Assembly (NCBI GenBank): GCA_000934665.2
Contig: KZ539135.1
Coordinates: 1-32,418 of the forward strand
Origin: Catajapyx aquilonaris
Taxonomy: Eukaryota
Reading direction: 5' to 3'
DNA length: 32,418 nucleotides
Under the pieces are notes generated by a model that saw only the letters and a program-made list of their open reading frames with translations, was not told where the DNA came from and did no database searches. The translations under genes were made by a program, and so were the position numbers. Within the stretch, counting starts at the first letter, position 1. The number at the start of each line of letters is the position of its first letter. Below are positions 1 to 11,002 of the stretch, piece after piece.

Positions 1-785
1 TTAGATCAAAAACTTTCCCTTCGGTAAAAAAAAGAGAAGTAAGACCTCCGCGGCGGAATAAAAGTACTGAAACAAGGCAGGCGCACGTAAGACCTTCGCC
101 AATTGATTTAAGCTGTACCATAGGTCTTACTCAAGCAATTCTCAAGTACTGTATGGAACGGCTCGTAAAAATTACTGCTGCAAACTACTCAGAGCAGTAG
201 GTTTATTATGAAAATAAAAAATTGGGGAAAAACTAAACCCATCCTAACAGACTTGGTCCAATCGAAAAAGACCCTCTAAAATTCACCAATTAACGTTTAT
301 ATGTGAAAAATTAAACGTTAGAGTTAAAATCAGCATCTAAAAGAGGTGACGATTCTGCATGAATGTTTCATGGAAATAATTCACACTAATCGCATATAAA
401 TTCAATGTGCTTTTGAAGTTCCTAATTTCATAAAACACTAATATGGAGTGGCTCATGGAAAATTAATGGGTGGAATTTTCGTCGTACTACTATTATTACT
501 ATGAACTATAGGTCTGTAGTTACTGCTAACTTATAGCAGTACCATTGCACTACACCGGTACTGCTAAGTTAGAAGTAACTAGTAGTACGACAGAAATTCC
601 ACAAATTTGTTTTCAGAAAGGAGATTTCATGAGCAGTAAATTGGAAATTGCTTGAGTAAGACCTATGGTACAGCTTAAATCAATTGGTGAAGGTCTTACG
701 TGCGCCTGCCTTGTTTCAGTACTTTTATTCCGCTGCGGAGGTCTTACTTCTCTCTTTTTTACCGAAGGGAAAGTTTTTGATCTAA
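1..785. mobile_element. Non-autonomous DNA transposon/MITE with ~140-bp terminal inverted repeats (left flank outside window)
   Basis: 1-140 (TTAGATCAAAAACTTTCCCTTCGG...CAAGCAATT) is the near-perfect reverse complement of 646-785; inner IR at ~472-500/574-600; no coding content. Superfamily not assignable. Confidence 0.85.
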
Positions 786-790
786 TTAAA

Positions 791-1097
791 CATAAGACAG
801 AAACTCGCCCTTTCTTATAATATTTCGAAATAAATATATTTCTTTAATTTCATGCGATTTTGCAATGGTAATTTTTTAATTACCTGATTTCACACGCTTT
901 GTTATCACGAAAATAAGTCTTCACATCTGCACGTATGAGTTAAAAAGCATAAGACAGAAACTCGCCCTTTCTTATAATATTTCGAAATATATTTCTTTAA
1001 TTTCATGCGATTTTGCAATGTTAATTTTTTAATTACCTGATTTCACACGCTTTGTTATCACGAAAATAAGTCTTCACATCTGCACGTATAAGTTAAA
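791..1097. repeat. Tandem direct duplication, two ~155-bp copies
   Basis: CATAAGACAGAAACTCGCCC...GCACGTATRAGTTAAA at 791-944 and 948-1097, near-identical apart from a small indel and a few substitutions. Confidence 0.9.
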
Positions 1098-2399
1098 TAA
1101 TCGTGAGAAACAAGGAGAACACGTAGGAGTGAACAGACAAATTGGATCCAATTTCCTCGAGATATGAGAAAATCACACAATGAAATCTCACAAGATATTG
1201 CTTCACGTGTCCCAGTTATATCACAGGTCTCTTACATATTATAATAGGCCTATAATATCAAAATGCTTGCGCTGTATGTATAAGCCCTCTGATTGGTCCG
1301 CCCCCGTATTGTTGCCGCCACCTCTTCCTATTGGGCCCCGTTCATTATTGCTGCGACTTATTCAAGACGCATTGTTACCATCATGACGCCTCCGATTGGC
1401 CTCCGTTACGAGCATGCGCAATGGGGGTGGAATCCGTCCAGTCGCATGTTGACCTCCGAGAGTACAATCATCATAGCAGTTGTTTGTGCATAGGTTTCTA
1501 ACAATCCAAGTGACATTTCCTATTATAAACTAGGCGCAAAATCTCGTATGGTTCAAGTTAGAAGCAAAATTGGAAACAAGTTGCTAACAAGCCTTTTAAG
1601 ACTAATATATTCGACCCTGCTGATTTCGAAAATCGCTGTTAGCACTCTGGATTTTGGGTCCTTGTGCCCCAAAAACAAGATGGCGTCCAAGATTACGCCA
1701 TATTTCCAAAGTTACTGTACAACGTTTTGGCGTGTCTTACCCTATAAATATCTCAAGCGAGGTATGGTTTTAGGGGTTTTCTAGGCCGTTAAGATCAGCC
1801 ATGGGTGACCGAAGATCATATGACGTCATCAGAATCCTTAAATTTGAAATTGAGGGTACTTTGACGAATTTGAAGGGTCTTGCTTAAACACACATAAGGC
1901 TATGACAGAATACGTTATGACTAGCAATATTTTAATTCATTTAATACTTACTGTACACATGTAGAGAGTGAACAAAATAATGGGAACATTAGAACATTGA
2001 AATACTCCTCTCCTTGCACCTGCTGTTTCGGTGGATCTTAAATACATTTGATACAGCGGCACTGTAAGGGGCAAAAGAAATCTTGGAACAAAGTGGAAAA
2101 TAATTAACTCGCTGCCTTCCAAGAGCCATTGACGAGATAATTTATTGGAACTCTGGCAACAGATGCACATGATAACGCAGCCATCATGCAATCATCGTAT
2201 TAGGAGTAAGATTTCTCGGGATTCAATGACTGCTCCTGCCACTGAAGGCGTTGCCTCTTACGATCATCTAAGAACATTACTACAGGGTGTGATTAATCAA
2301 GTCACGATAATGGTGGTATTTTCGTAGCCATAGCTGCAACAAAGCAAATGTGTCAGAAAACAGGACTCCTGGTTAATCTTGTGTCAAAATAGAGCCATA

Positions 2400-2560
2400 T
2401 ACCTGCCCAGGCAAATACTCAGGATCCTCATCCTCATCGCTGTCCGCCACGGCATGCACGTCTGTTATGTGGGCCACTGTAAAAGTCAGTTTCTCCAAAG
2501 TGGAGAGAGCATATGGTCGAACTTCGTGTGCAGAGCATGTTGCTGTAGATCGGTATATGC
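2400..2560 (-). pseudogene. Degenerate THAP-domain-like fragment
   Basis: Minus ORF 2434-2748 contains STICSLHFGETDFY (THAP C-terminal CxxHF..DF motif); a neighbouring frame gives an acidic DSDEDEDPEYLPGQ stretch. The N-terminal CxxxxC and AVPT box were not found. Confidence 0.35.
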
Positions 2561-2791
2561 ATGGCGCAAACCTGCAGCATAGGGGCCTTCACCACTCCAT
2601 GTCCCCTCATCCTCACTCTGCTGGCAGTGTCTTCCCCGTCTTGAGGGGATTCGTCAGTAAAAATCCCAAGAATTATTATGAATAAAGGTATGTTCACAGG
2701 CACTTCAAGGCCACCCCTGACAACTCCTTCCTCTGGATAAATACACATTGTTTATAGTCACACAGTGCGTCCCAGTTACTGGCTCAAAATA

Positions 2792-3105
2792 CAGTAGAAC
2801 CCCAATTATCTGACATCGGCTTATCAGTCACCTTGATTATCCGACTGTCCCGCTCCAGCAATCTGTTTTCTCATAAAATACTGTTGTTCTATGCATTTGT
2901 TTTGCCTTAGTTAAATTGTAAATACAGTCCTACAGTAGAATGTGTGTAAAAGAAAAATACTTCACTATTTATTAGAAAACCATAGTAGCCCTATTGTACG
3001 TTATTTCATGTTTTTGTTTTGGGTTATTAAAGTCTCTTTACTCCTTGGATTATCCTACATTTTCTGTTATCCGAAGATGGGTGATGGATAATCGGGGTTC
3101 TACTG
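2792..3105. mobile_element. Tigger/pogo-like MITE (314 bp)
   Basis: TIR CAGTAGAACCCC(A/G)ATTATC ... GATAATCGGGGTTCTACTG flanked by TA on both sides. Confidence 0.85.
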
Positions 3106-3739
3106 TAATGAGAAGAAGCAATTCTATTAAAGTTTGCCTCCAACACTTCAACGTGTTTTGAACAATTGTGCCCAACCCATGATGTCACCCAAAGCCTACC
3201 ACTTCTTTCTCGCATTTCATCACTTCGATTTGTTCTTCTGCTACTACGCCCTCGATAAATGGCCAGCACGGTACATCCCTAGCCCCACATTGGTTCCACC
3301 ACCCCTGATGGCACCTCTACCTTGACATTGGGAGCACAGTTCCCTGAAGGCCCAGATAGTTATATCCCCAGAAGCTTCACCTGCTGGCAATTGCAATGTC
3401 ATCCATACAGCAAAAAGTCATTTGGGCAGCATTTGGGGGGGTAAGAGATAGAGAGACAGAAGTCTTACCTCTCTTCATGTCTATCTCCACCTGTCCCACA
3501 TTTGCATCATTTAATAACCAGGTAACTGGAGTTGATTTGATCTCCTCACTCATAGAAAGACACAAAAATGCCACCTTTCCCCATTTTAATATCAATTTAT
3601 AAGCGATTCATATTTAAAGAGGAAGGCTTGAGGTCTTAGGATCCCACCAAAGAAACTGCGTTTGCTTTTTTGTTAACGTGCCCAAATATGAGATATTTAG
3701 ACTACAATTTCCATCAGGGAATGAATAATGACAACCAGT

Positions 3740-4004
3740 GGGAGGTGCGGTGGCCGAGTTGGCAATGACTCGGGTCGCTGAGTGAAAGATCACCGCCCAG
3801 GAGTTCCCTTTCGCATGCGTCAGGAGGGTCTCCGACATGGACTTGCACCCGTGTCTCCTCCCCAAAATCCCCATCCTTACCCCATTTCTCTTCTTCCCTG
3901 CACCGGTGTCGAAGAAAAATTAGAAAATTGATCAAAAATGGTGGTGTTACATCCCCCAAAAAGAGCTATGTTCTCTATGGCGGGGTAAAGTTTTTTTTTT
4001 TTAG
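3740..4004 (+). mobile_element. tRNA-derived SINE, copy 1 (B box and internal segment deleted)
   Basis: 5' GGGAGGTGCGGTGGCCGAGTTGG (A box); homologous along its length to the 7500-7843 copy; 3' GGGGTAAAG + T-run; 13-bp TSD ATAATGACAACCA at 3725-3737 and 4005-4017. Confidence 0.85.
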
Positions 4005-4411
4005 ATAATGACAACCATTATGTCACACCTTGGCAACATACATAGTTGACAGAATCTGCCATCTCAATACTAAATCTGACATATCCTTCTGACCACATTG
4101 TAACAATAATTGCACAGTGTTGCATTACCTGATCTTAATAAATGCTGTTCACAAGGGGTCCAGCTCCACTCTGGGCATCTGAGATGGCCCCAATGTTGAC
4201 CATGCGCAGGGCAGTGTGGAGATGGGGGCGTAAACGATGTAAGCATGGTTATTTAAAAACCAGTATTTTCTCTGTTGAATACATCAGGTTTAATATCAAT
4301 TTTTTGTTTAAATTTATTTAAACAAGCGCCAAATGGCAAGTGCAACAAAAGATGGGTGGCAAATGGGTCCACCCTGTGGGGGCACTGTTGCTGATAATTA
4401 TATTTGATGTA

Positions 4412-4437
4412 TTCTTCTTCTTCTTCTTCTTCTTCTT
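4412..4437. repeat. (TTC)n microsatellite
   Basis: About 8-9 perfect TTC units. Confidence 0.95.
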
Positions 4438-4539
4438 GGAGTATGGGACATACGACTGGAACCACAAATTACGACGAGCTATGAGTATGGGACATACAAC
4501 CGTAGTGATACACACATGCCGCATAACATGGCGTAATAA

Positions 4540-5224
4540 CATGGCGTAAGTAACGAACGATAAATTTTTTTTAAAATTGCACTACACAGAGAAAGATATG
4601 CCATTTATGGATCAAGATCCAAAAAAAGTCACTTCTTGTTCTGAAATTATGGATTCGTATTTTTTGCGGACGCTCGCGGTCATGCTCTCACCGTGAATGG
4701 AGATCGCTATGTCCAGATGTTGCAAGATTTCTTCCTTCCGGAGGTAGCCAATTGAGAGCAGGTATGGTTCCAACAAGACAGAGCAACATCTCATACAGCC
4801 AGTCAGTCCATGGCTGTCTTGCGACGGGTGATTCCCGGGCAGGTCATGTCATGATTTGGGGACATTCCATGGCCGGCGCATTTGACCACCCCTTACTTCT
4901 TGTGGGGGCACCTGAAGAGTTTGGTGTTCGCCACACATCCTGCGTCATAGGCTGCATGATCTTAAGGATCAGGTAAGACATGCCATGAAAAACATTCCCC
5001 TGGACATGCTGGAGCGCGTTATGAAGGGTTTGTGCTTGCAGGGATGTGTTGCCCGCAAAGGTGGACATCTATCCGGTGTTGTTTTCAAGAAGTGACTTTT
5101 TTGGACATTGATCCATAAATGGCATATCTTCCTCTGTGTAGTGCAATTTTTTAAAAAGATAATCGTTCGTTACTTACGCCATGCTGAGTCGTTTTAATCC
5201 GCCCATGACTTTTGCCCCACCCTG
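4540..5224 (+). mobile_element. Internally deleted Tc1/mariner element (rosa/DD41D-like) with transposase pseudogene fragment
   Basis: ~100-bp inverted repeats 4540-4640/5086-5183; right end CCCCACCCTG|TA; + frame reads TVNGDRYVQMLQDFFLP..VWFQQDRATSHTA..FGDIPWP..YFLWGHLKSLVF with stops; outermost left end missing. Confidence 0.8.
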
Positions 5225-5299
5225 TACAACCAAATCTTACTCTATTTCTGTGCTGGTGGCCAATATTTCCCTCATGTAAATGCACGGATATTTCAAATA

Positions 5300-5715
5300 C
5301 AGGATGGTCACAGTAACTCTGGTAAAAATCACAGTGTGTGTAGAGGCCCCATAGGCAAGTATTTTGAGCTTAGGTACCCATGTCCGGAAATGCCCCCATA
5401 CGGGGGTACGGCCTTTTCCACCTTTGGTCTGTTGCGCCTGGTGGATAGGCCTAGTGGGTAGTATACTCGAAACTTGCGTTCATCATCAAGTGTGTCGCGT
5501 GTGGAGGAGATGAAGGTGAAAACAATTGCGAGTGTCAAATGCAAAACCTGATAAACGCAACCTTCGAGTACAATGTGTTGCAACAGACCAAAGGTGGAAA
5601 CGGCCATACCCCCGTACGGGGGCATTTCCGGACATGGTCACCTAAGCTCAAAATACTTGCATATGGGGCCTCTACACACCCTGTGATTTTTGCCAGAGTT
5701 ACCATGACCACCCTG
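5300..5715. mobile_element. Tc1/mariner-type MITE with ~140-bp TIRs
   Basis: TA|CAGGATGGTCA...TGACCACCCTG|TA; arms 5300-5435 and 5580-5715 are reverse complements. Confidence 0.85.
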
Positions 5716-5959
5716 TATATGAAAACACACCCCAGGGACATGAATGAACATAGTCCAACACAAAAAAACTGCATGCGCGATAGTTCATTTTAGAGTCTGG
5801 TGGTTTCACTGACAACAGGAATTGCGCCATTACAGTTCCATTCCAAGCTTGATCGGGGTACAAAAAAAGGTACACACAAACAACAGCTTCAAGTGGAAGT
5901 TTTAGTTACAATAACTAAAAGGACCCCAGTACGCAGGTTTTTTTTTTGGGGGGGGGGGG

Positions 5960-6003
5960 NNNNNNNNNNNNNNGGGGGAGAGAGAGAGAGAGAGAGAGAG
6001 AGA
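5960..6003. repeat. Assembly gap (N run) flanked by poly-G and (GA)n microsatellite
   Basis: N at 5960-5973, G runs on both sides, (GA)n to ~6003. Confidence 0.95.
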
Positions 6004-6106
6004 AAGGCAAACAGTTATAAGCTTATAACAGATTTGAGAAGGAGACAAGGTTGAAATATATTCGCATGCTTGCATCACTGAAATACTACCAATTACATAA
6101 CACATA

Positions 6107-6633
6107 CAGGGTGATTCTCCCGAATGGAAACCCAAACATTCCTCAATAACTTTTTAACCATGGTATGGTTCCCGATGAAAATTGACATGTACTTACCTTG
6201 TATCATGCCAAACAAGGTCTGACTAAAGAATATACCAAATGTGGTCCCCTCCAGCACCCAAGAATTTTTTAATGCAAGTCTGCATATTGGCGAAGACTCC
6301 TGCAGATTGGCCGCGGGGATGACCGCCGTAAGGTCCATCATACCCCAAAACGAATTGGATTGTTCCCATAGCCTTTATATGGCCTCTCGCCAAGCAGGCG
6401 GGAGGGAGATGGACACCATCCCCACAGCCAATCTGCATGAGTCTTCAGCAATATGCAGACTTGCATTTAAAAATTCTTGGGTGCTGGAGGGGACCACTTT
6501 TGGTATATTCTTTAGTCAGACCGTGTTTGGCATGATACAAGGTAAAAGTACATGTCAATTTTCATCGGGAACCATACCATAGTTAAAAAGTTATTGAGGA
6601 ATGTTGGGGTTTCCATTCGGGAGAATCACCCTG
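6107..6633. mobile_element. Tc1/mariner-type MITE with ~215-bp TIRs
   Basis: TA|CAGGGTGATTCTCCCGAATGGAAACCC ... GGGTTTCCATTCGGGAGAATCACCCTG|TA; the ORF track shows the same peptide on both strands because of the palindrome. Confidence 0.9.
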
Positions 6634-6783
6634 TATTTGTGGACCAACAGGACACCGATTCATCCTTGAATCGCTTACTGGGGGTTTGGGGCAGCGCTTT
6701 CAACATTTACCAAAGTGAACAAAAAAATTTTTAAAAAAAGGCTGCAGACACCCCCATGCTGGAATGCTGCCTTCCTAAACCAA

Positions 6784-7154
6784 TCAAAAGAAAACCTGGT
6801 GAAATCCCTCGACCGTCACCTTCTTACAGCACTTTGGGCAGCTTCCGTCAACTTTTAAAGCGTCTTCCAGGCACTTGGTGCAGAGGAGGTGGCCGCAGGT
6901 AGTTGAGCTTACCCCACTTCCCTTGCTACTAAGCTCTTCTAGACAGATGGCGCAAACTGGGCCCATGGAGGATACCTTTGTATCCTTTCCACTTGGCAGC
7001 TCACTGGGAGATGCCTCCTGTTGATTCTGCTTGGTCACCACGCCTGCATCAAAAGCCTGGCCGTCATCAGAACACATGTTGCAGTCCACTTCCATACCTT
7101 CAATCTCGCCAAATAGGGTGTCAAGGGAGATGAATTCCACGTCCTCATAACAGT
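6784..7154 (-). CDS. Terminal coding exon encoding an RNF4-like C3HC4 RING finger with an upstream SIM-like acidic motif
   Basis: CAICLEEL..STTCGHLLCTKCLEDALK...CPKCCKKV...FHQVFF* (C3HC4, RNF4/Dgrn-like C-terminal end); pyrimidine-rich acceptor ...gaatttag|ACTGT at 7155 (phase 1); EDVEFISLD resembles a SUMO-interacting motif. Confidence 0.8.
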
Positions 7155-7499
7155 CTAAATTCAATTGGAGAAAAAACTGGGTTAGTTCCAACATGTTGAG
7201 CAATTCAAGATTCTACAGGAGTTAGTGTATATCTGCACAAAACTACTTCCAAACCAACAAAAGCAATGTAAGTGTGGCCAAACCAAATTGATAAAAAAAG
7301 GTGGCGCAACTATCGTATCCAGTAGGGCCAATTCCTCTGATTCGTTTACTTGGAATTTGCGCCAGGAATTTAGAAGCTTTATTGCTTTGCATAACAAAGA
7401 GGCAAGTGGTTACACACGAAATTCTTTTCTACAAGGGCGGATCAATAAGTAACACAATAAATTTAATTTAGGCAAAAGTTTAATAGATAGGCAAAACTT

Positions 7500-7843
7500 T
7501 TTTTTTTACTTTACCCCATGATAAGGCCAGAGGCCCTTATAGGGGAGTGGAATACCGCCATTTTTCCTTCAATTTTTCTGATTTTTCTTCTAACTCTGGT
7601 GCAAGGATGAAAGGGCATGGGGTAGGGATGGGGATTTTTTGGGGGAGGGAACATGGGTTCAAGTGCAGTGTCCGTAAAGGGGTCATGTGCTGTTCCCCAG
7701 GAGGCTAGGTTGCCAGATACCTCCAAGGTGCAGGTCAGAGACCCTCTTGATGCAGGTGAAAGGGAACTCCCAGGCGGGGATTGAACCTGGGACCATTCAC
7801 TCAGCAAGCCGAGTCGTTACCATCTCGGCCACCACACCTCCCC
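7500..7843 (-). mobile_element. tRNA-derived SINE, copy 2 (full length)
   Basis: Minus strand GGGGAGGTGTGGTGGCCGAGATGG (A box)...GGTTCAATCCC (B box); 3' GGGGTAAAGT + poly-A; 15-bp TSD AGATAGGCAAAACTT at 7485-7499 and 7844-7858. Confidence 0.9.
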
Positions 7844-7879
7844 AGATAGGCAAAACTTAAGATATACATATAGCGACCT

Positions 7880-8372
7880 CCCAATTCTTACTTGTTTTTC
7901 AACATAAGAACCAATTCGCTCCACACATTTCTCCCACCATGACACCAGTTTCAGTACACCCTGTTCATAGAAGTCAGTCTTTTGGGCGTACAGCCACTTG
8001 CGGATGACAGTCTTGACCTCATCATCAGAATCGAAGTGTTGGCCGCTCAGGAACTTCTTCAGAGGACCAAACAGGTGAAAGTCCAATGGAGCGAGGTCCG
8101 GACTGTAGGGTGGGTGTTGGAGCACCTCCCAACCAAATTGCCCAATTTTCTTTTGGACCTGGCGTGCAACATGGCGCTGAGCATTGTCATGAAGCACTCT
8201 GACATTTGCAGCATCTGTGTCGAGGAGTCGTTGGCACCAGCAGCAGATGTTACTGACGTCCAGGCAATCACTACCATACACATGCACCCTCTGTTCGTGA
8301 CTGTCGGTCACAGTTTTCCTTTGAGCCTACAAAAACCACACAACACCTCGCTGCTCTTCAATAGTTGACGAT
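7880..8372 (-). pseudogene. Mariner transposase pseudogene (N-terminal HTH remnant fused to catalytic C-terminus)
   Basis: LHDNA...HPPYSPDLAPLDFHLF with exactly 34 residues between the two Asp; WEKCVERIGSYVEK ending; N-terminal EQRGVVWFL* remnant; middle of the ORF deleted. Confidence 0.9.
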
Positions 8373-9237
8373 GCTAACAAGCGCGACAGCTTTGTGGCAT
8401 AGTTCCCACTTCCACCACTAGGGCGCCAGAAGATCCAGCCCGTGATCCAGCCACATAGGTAAGCAGTACTTACATACACTAGTAAGCAGCGGGAGAGTCA
8501 GATAAGATGAGTGCCTAATTCCAACCTTCTATTTGCAACCATGATAGAAGAAATTAATTGCGTTACTTATTGATCCGCCCTCGTACATATAGCATCACCT
8601 GTGCAACATCACCTCACCAGTTTGTTAAAATTTTATGTCAATGCCAAACCCTAAATTTCAGCCGTATCCATATCATGAAATGTGTTAAGCAACAACATTG
8701 ACAAAATGAGGCAGTTGCTGTCTAACATGATCTTCAACACAACGTTGTGCAGACACACTAGTTACTACATTGGTTAGCAATTTCCCTGCCATTTGTGAGC
8801 CTCTCCCACTCCCCACCACATTCCCTCCCCTATCATCATAATTGAGTGGGTCAGAACAATAACGGCATATCCCACCCAAGGGTCGAATTTGAGTTTTTGG
8901 TGGCTGTGATTGCAAGACACATCAATGAATCAGTTCCATAAGTTGGAGCCAGCTTAGAGCCATACTTTTCTATTAAATCCACATTTACATTGATATGACT
9001 ACATTAAAAAGTATTATTCTGCACACATTTAAACCTCGAATATCTCAAAAACATTTGTGATTGGGATATGCCGTTATTACTCTGACCCACTCAATTGAGA
9101 ATGCAGACAGCCACATCCTCTGCTACAGAAAAAGAAAGAAACAAGCAGATGTGACAGAGGCTCTTAAAAGTAAGCAGTCTGTAATAATGACACCACTGCA
9201 GTACCAACCACTGAACCACATGACCTTTATGATTATA

Positions 9238-9821
9238 GAATTGCCGTTCTAAAATATTTGACAATTTATTTTTTAGCCACAAATACAGTGCCTGTACAGG
9301 TCGGCAGATAGTCACATATTATAGATAGAATCCTCCTGGAACAGAATACACAGGAGTCATGGGTATGAAACCTCTCCGTGCCCTCCGGGAACCATTTTTT
9401 GGAGGTTTGGCGCACCCCCTCCCGGACAACTGCTTACAGACAACAATGTCCTTGAAATTGCATCAGCGCAGGAGTTTTTTTCATGGATCTGAACAGGTGA
9501 AAGTCACTGGGGGTCAAGCCCGGGTGTGGGAAGCACCCAACCCCAGATCCATGAAAAAAAAAAAAAAAAAAACCTTTGCCAACACCATTTCGTGGACACC
9601 GTTGACAGTTGTTTACGTTGTCAATTGTTCACAGTTGTCCGGTAGTGGGTGACCTCCAAAAAGTGGTTCCTGGACGGCCCGGAGAGGTTGACACACCTGT
9701 CGTGGTACGGCATTCGGCTCCAGGAGGATTCTATCTATAATGTGTGACTACCTGCCGACTTGTAAGGGCACTGTATTTGTGGCAAAAAAATAAATTGTAA
9801 ATCATTTTAGTATGGCCCTCA
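9238..9821 (-). mobile_element. Mariner-derived non-autonomous element with ~160-bp imperfect TIRs
   Basis: Arms ~9245-9410 and ~9652-9820 are reverse complements; internal minus frame reads LTPSDFHLFRSMKKLL (mariner C-terminal motif). Left end degraded. Confidence 0.7.
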
Positions 9822-9825
9822 TATA

Positions 9826-10650
9826 CAGGGTGTAAATGAATTCAGCTGACAAACTTGTAGGGGTAATAGAGGGGACCAAGACAAACATATTTGACATAGG
9901 AACCCATGTCCGGAAACGCCATCTAGAGGGGGTTCATAGACAAGGAATGGGTGCGCTCAGACGCATCAGGCGAGAGGCGCTAACGAGCGGACCATTTAGT
10001 TGCTAGGTGGCGTGCGGATTGTACACAACTTTGCAATTCGCCATAACTTGGCAACAACAGAGTTGTTGTTTATTATCAGGCGCTACCCAAAGAGTTCTGC
10101 TATTATATAATATAATACCTAGAGGAGGTACTCCCTATCCTTTTCCATTAGACAGGCTGAGGAAGCCGCCATCTTGTTGGAGGTAATATTGTTGTTCTAA
10201 CAGTTGTCTAGCAACTGGGACAACAACCAATAATGACAACTGGGCGACAATTAGTTCAATAATGTCAGGCGTCCGCCATCTTGTTGGAGGTAATATTGTT
10301 GCCTGCATTGTTGCCTGCCTCACATTTCAGCCCGAGTGCCTCCTCTAGGTATATATATAATATAGCAGAACTCTTTGGCGCTACCTAGCATGCTGATTTT
10401 AGTTGCTAGGTGGCTCTGTTGTTGCCAGGTTATTGCGAAATGCAAAGTTGTGTACAATCCACCCGCCACCTAGCAACTAAACGGTCCGCTCGCTGACGCC
10501 GCTAGCCTGAAGCGTCTGAGCGCACCCGTTCCTTGTCTATGAACCCCCTCTAGATGGTGTTTCCAAACACGGTTTCCTATGTCAAATATGTTTGTCTTGG
10601 TCCCCTCTATTACCCCTACAAGTTTGTCGGCTGAATTCATTTACACCCTG
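9826..10650. mobile_element. Tc1/mariner-type MITE with ~235-bp TIRs, containing a nested element
   Basis: TA|CAGGGTGTAAATGAATTCAGC ... GCTGAATTCATTTACACCCTG|TA. Confidence 0.9.
10088..10377. mobile_element. Nested MITE with 8-bp TSD, probably P-element (or hAT) superfamily
   Basis: TIR CAAAGAGTTCTGCTAT...TACCTAGAGGAGG(T/C)ACTC; TSD GCGCTACC at 10080-10087 and 10378-10385; internal direct repeat CGCCATCTTGTTGGAGGTAATATTGTT twice. Confidence 0.75.
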
Positions 10651-10789
10651 TATATGCACTGTCCACGGGTCATTATACTTGAGCCATCTAGTCATTAGCT
10701 TATTGTTATACATTAATTCTTCACCAACTTTAAAAGCCAATATTGAAGAAGAAAGAGGGGTGGGACTCTCACCGTGGTTCAGAGGGTTT

Positions 10790-11002
10790 CTAGCCCGCAT
10801 CCTGTAGGAGTCCCTTCTGGGAAACGATCTTCTTGAGAATCACTTCAGGGACAGGAGCGGTAGTGGCTCCATTCGCAGCAGCATTTCCCAGGGACACTGC
10901 TTTGATAAGGACACTCTCCTCCTTATCAAACACGTTCCAGAAATGTTCCAGTGATATGCAAGGTGATATGCACCTGTTCCCGGAAATCTGGCATTCAATG
11001 GC
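10790..11002 (-). CDS. Tudor-gene exon 9 (end of second extended Tudor domain), ends in TAG
   Basis: ctccacag|GCCATTGAATGC gives (IPAQ)AIECQI...VPEVILKKIVSQKGLLQDAG*; a donor CACG|GTGAGA lies 17 nt past the stop. Confidence 0.75.
   Translation of the reverse strand, partial: AIECQISGNRCISPCISLEHFWNVFDKEESVLIKAVSLGNAAANGATTAPVPEVILKKIVSQKGLLQDAG

Larger units (their letters stand above)
7432..8583 (-). mobile_element. Internally deleted mariner (D34D) element carrying a nested SINE
   Basis: TIR C(A/G)AGGGCGGATCAATAAGTAAC(A/G)CAAT at both ends, TA duplication; transposase remnant on minus strand. Confidence 0.9.

Noticed and set aside
791..1097. CRISPR array or LTR pair
   Set aside because: Only two abutting ~155-bp copies with no spacers or internal domain; eukaryotic context.
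3110..3720. Coding-like sequence on the minus strand
   Set aside because: No frame stays open and no motif was recognised.
6093..6734. Duplicated protein genes on both strands (CRLA.KNSWVLEGTTFGIFFSQT)
   Set aside because: Artefact of MITE inverted repeats; the same applies to the ORFs at 5329-5793.
7760..7843. Functional tRNA gene
   Set aside because: A/B boxes lead into a ~270-bp body, poly-A tail and TSD, with a second copy in the window, so it is a SINE.
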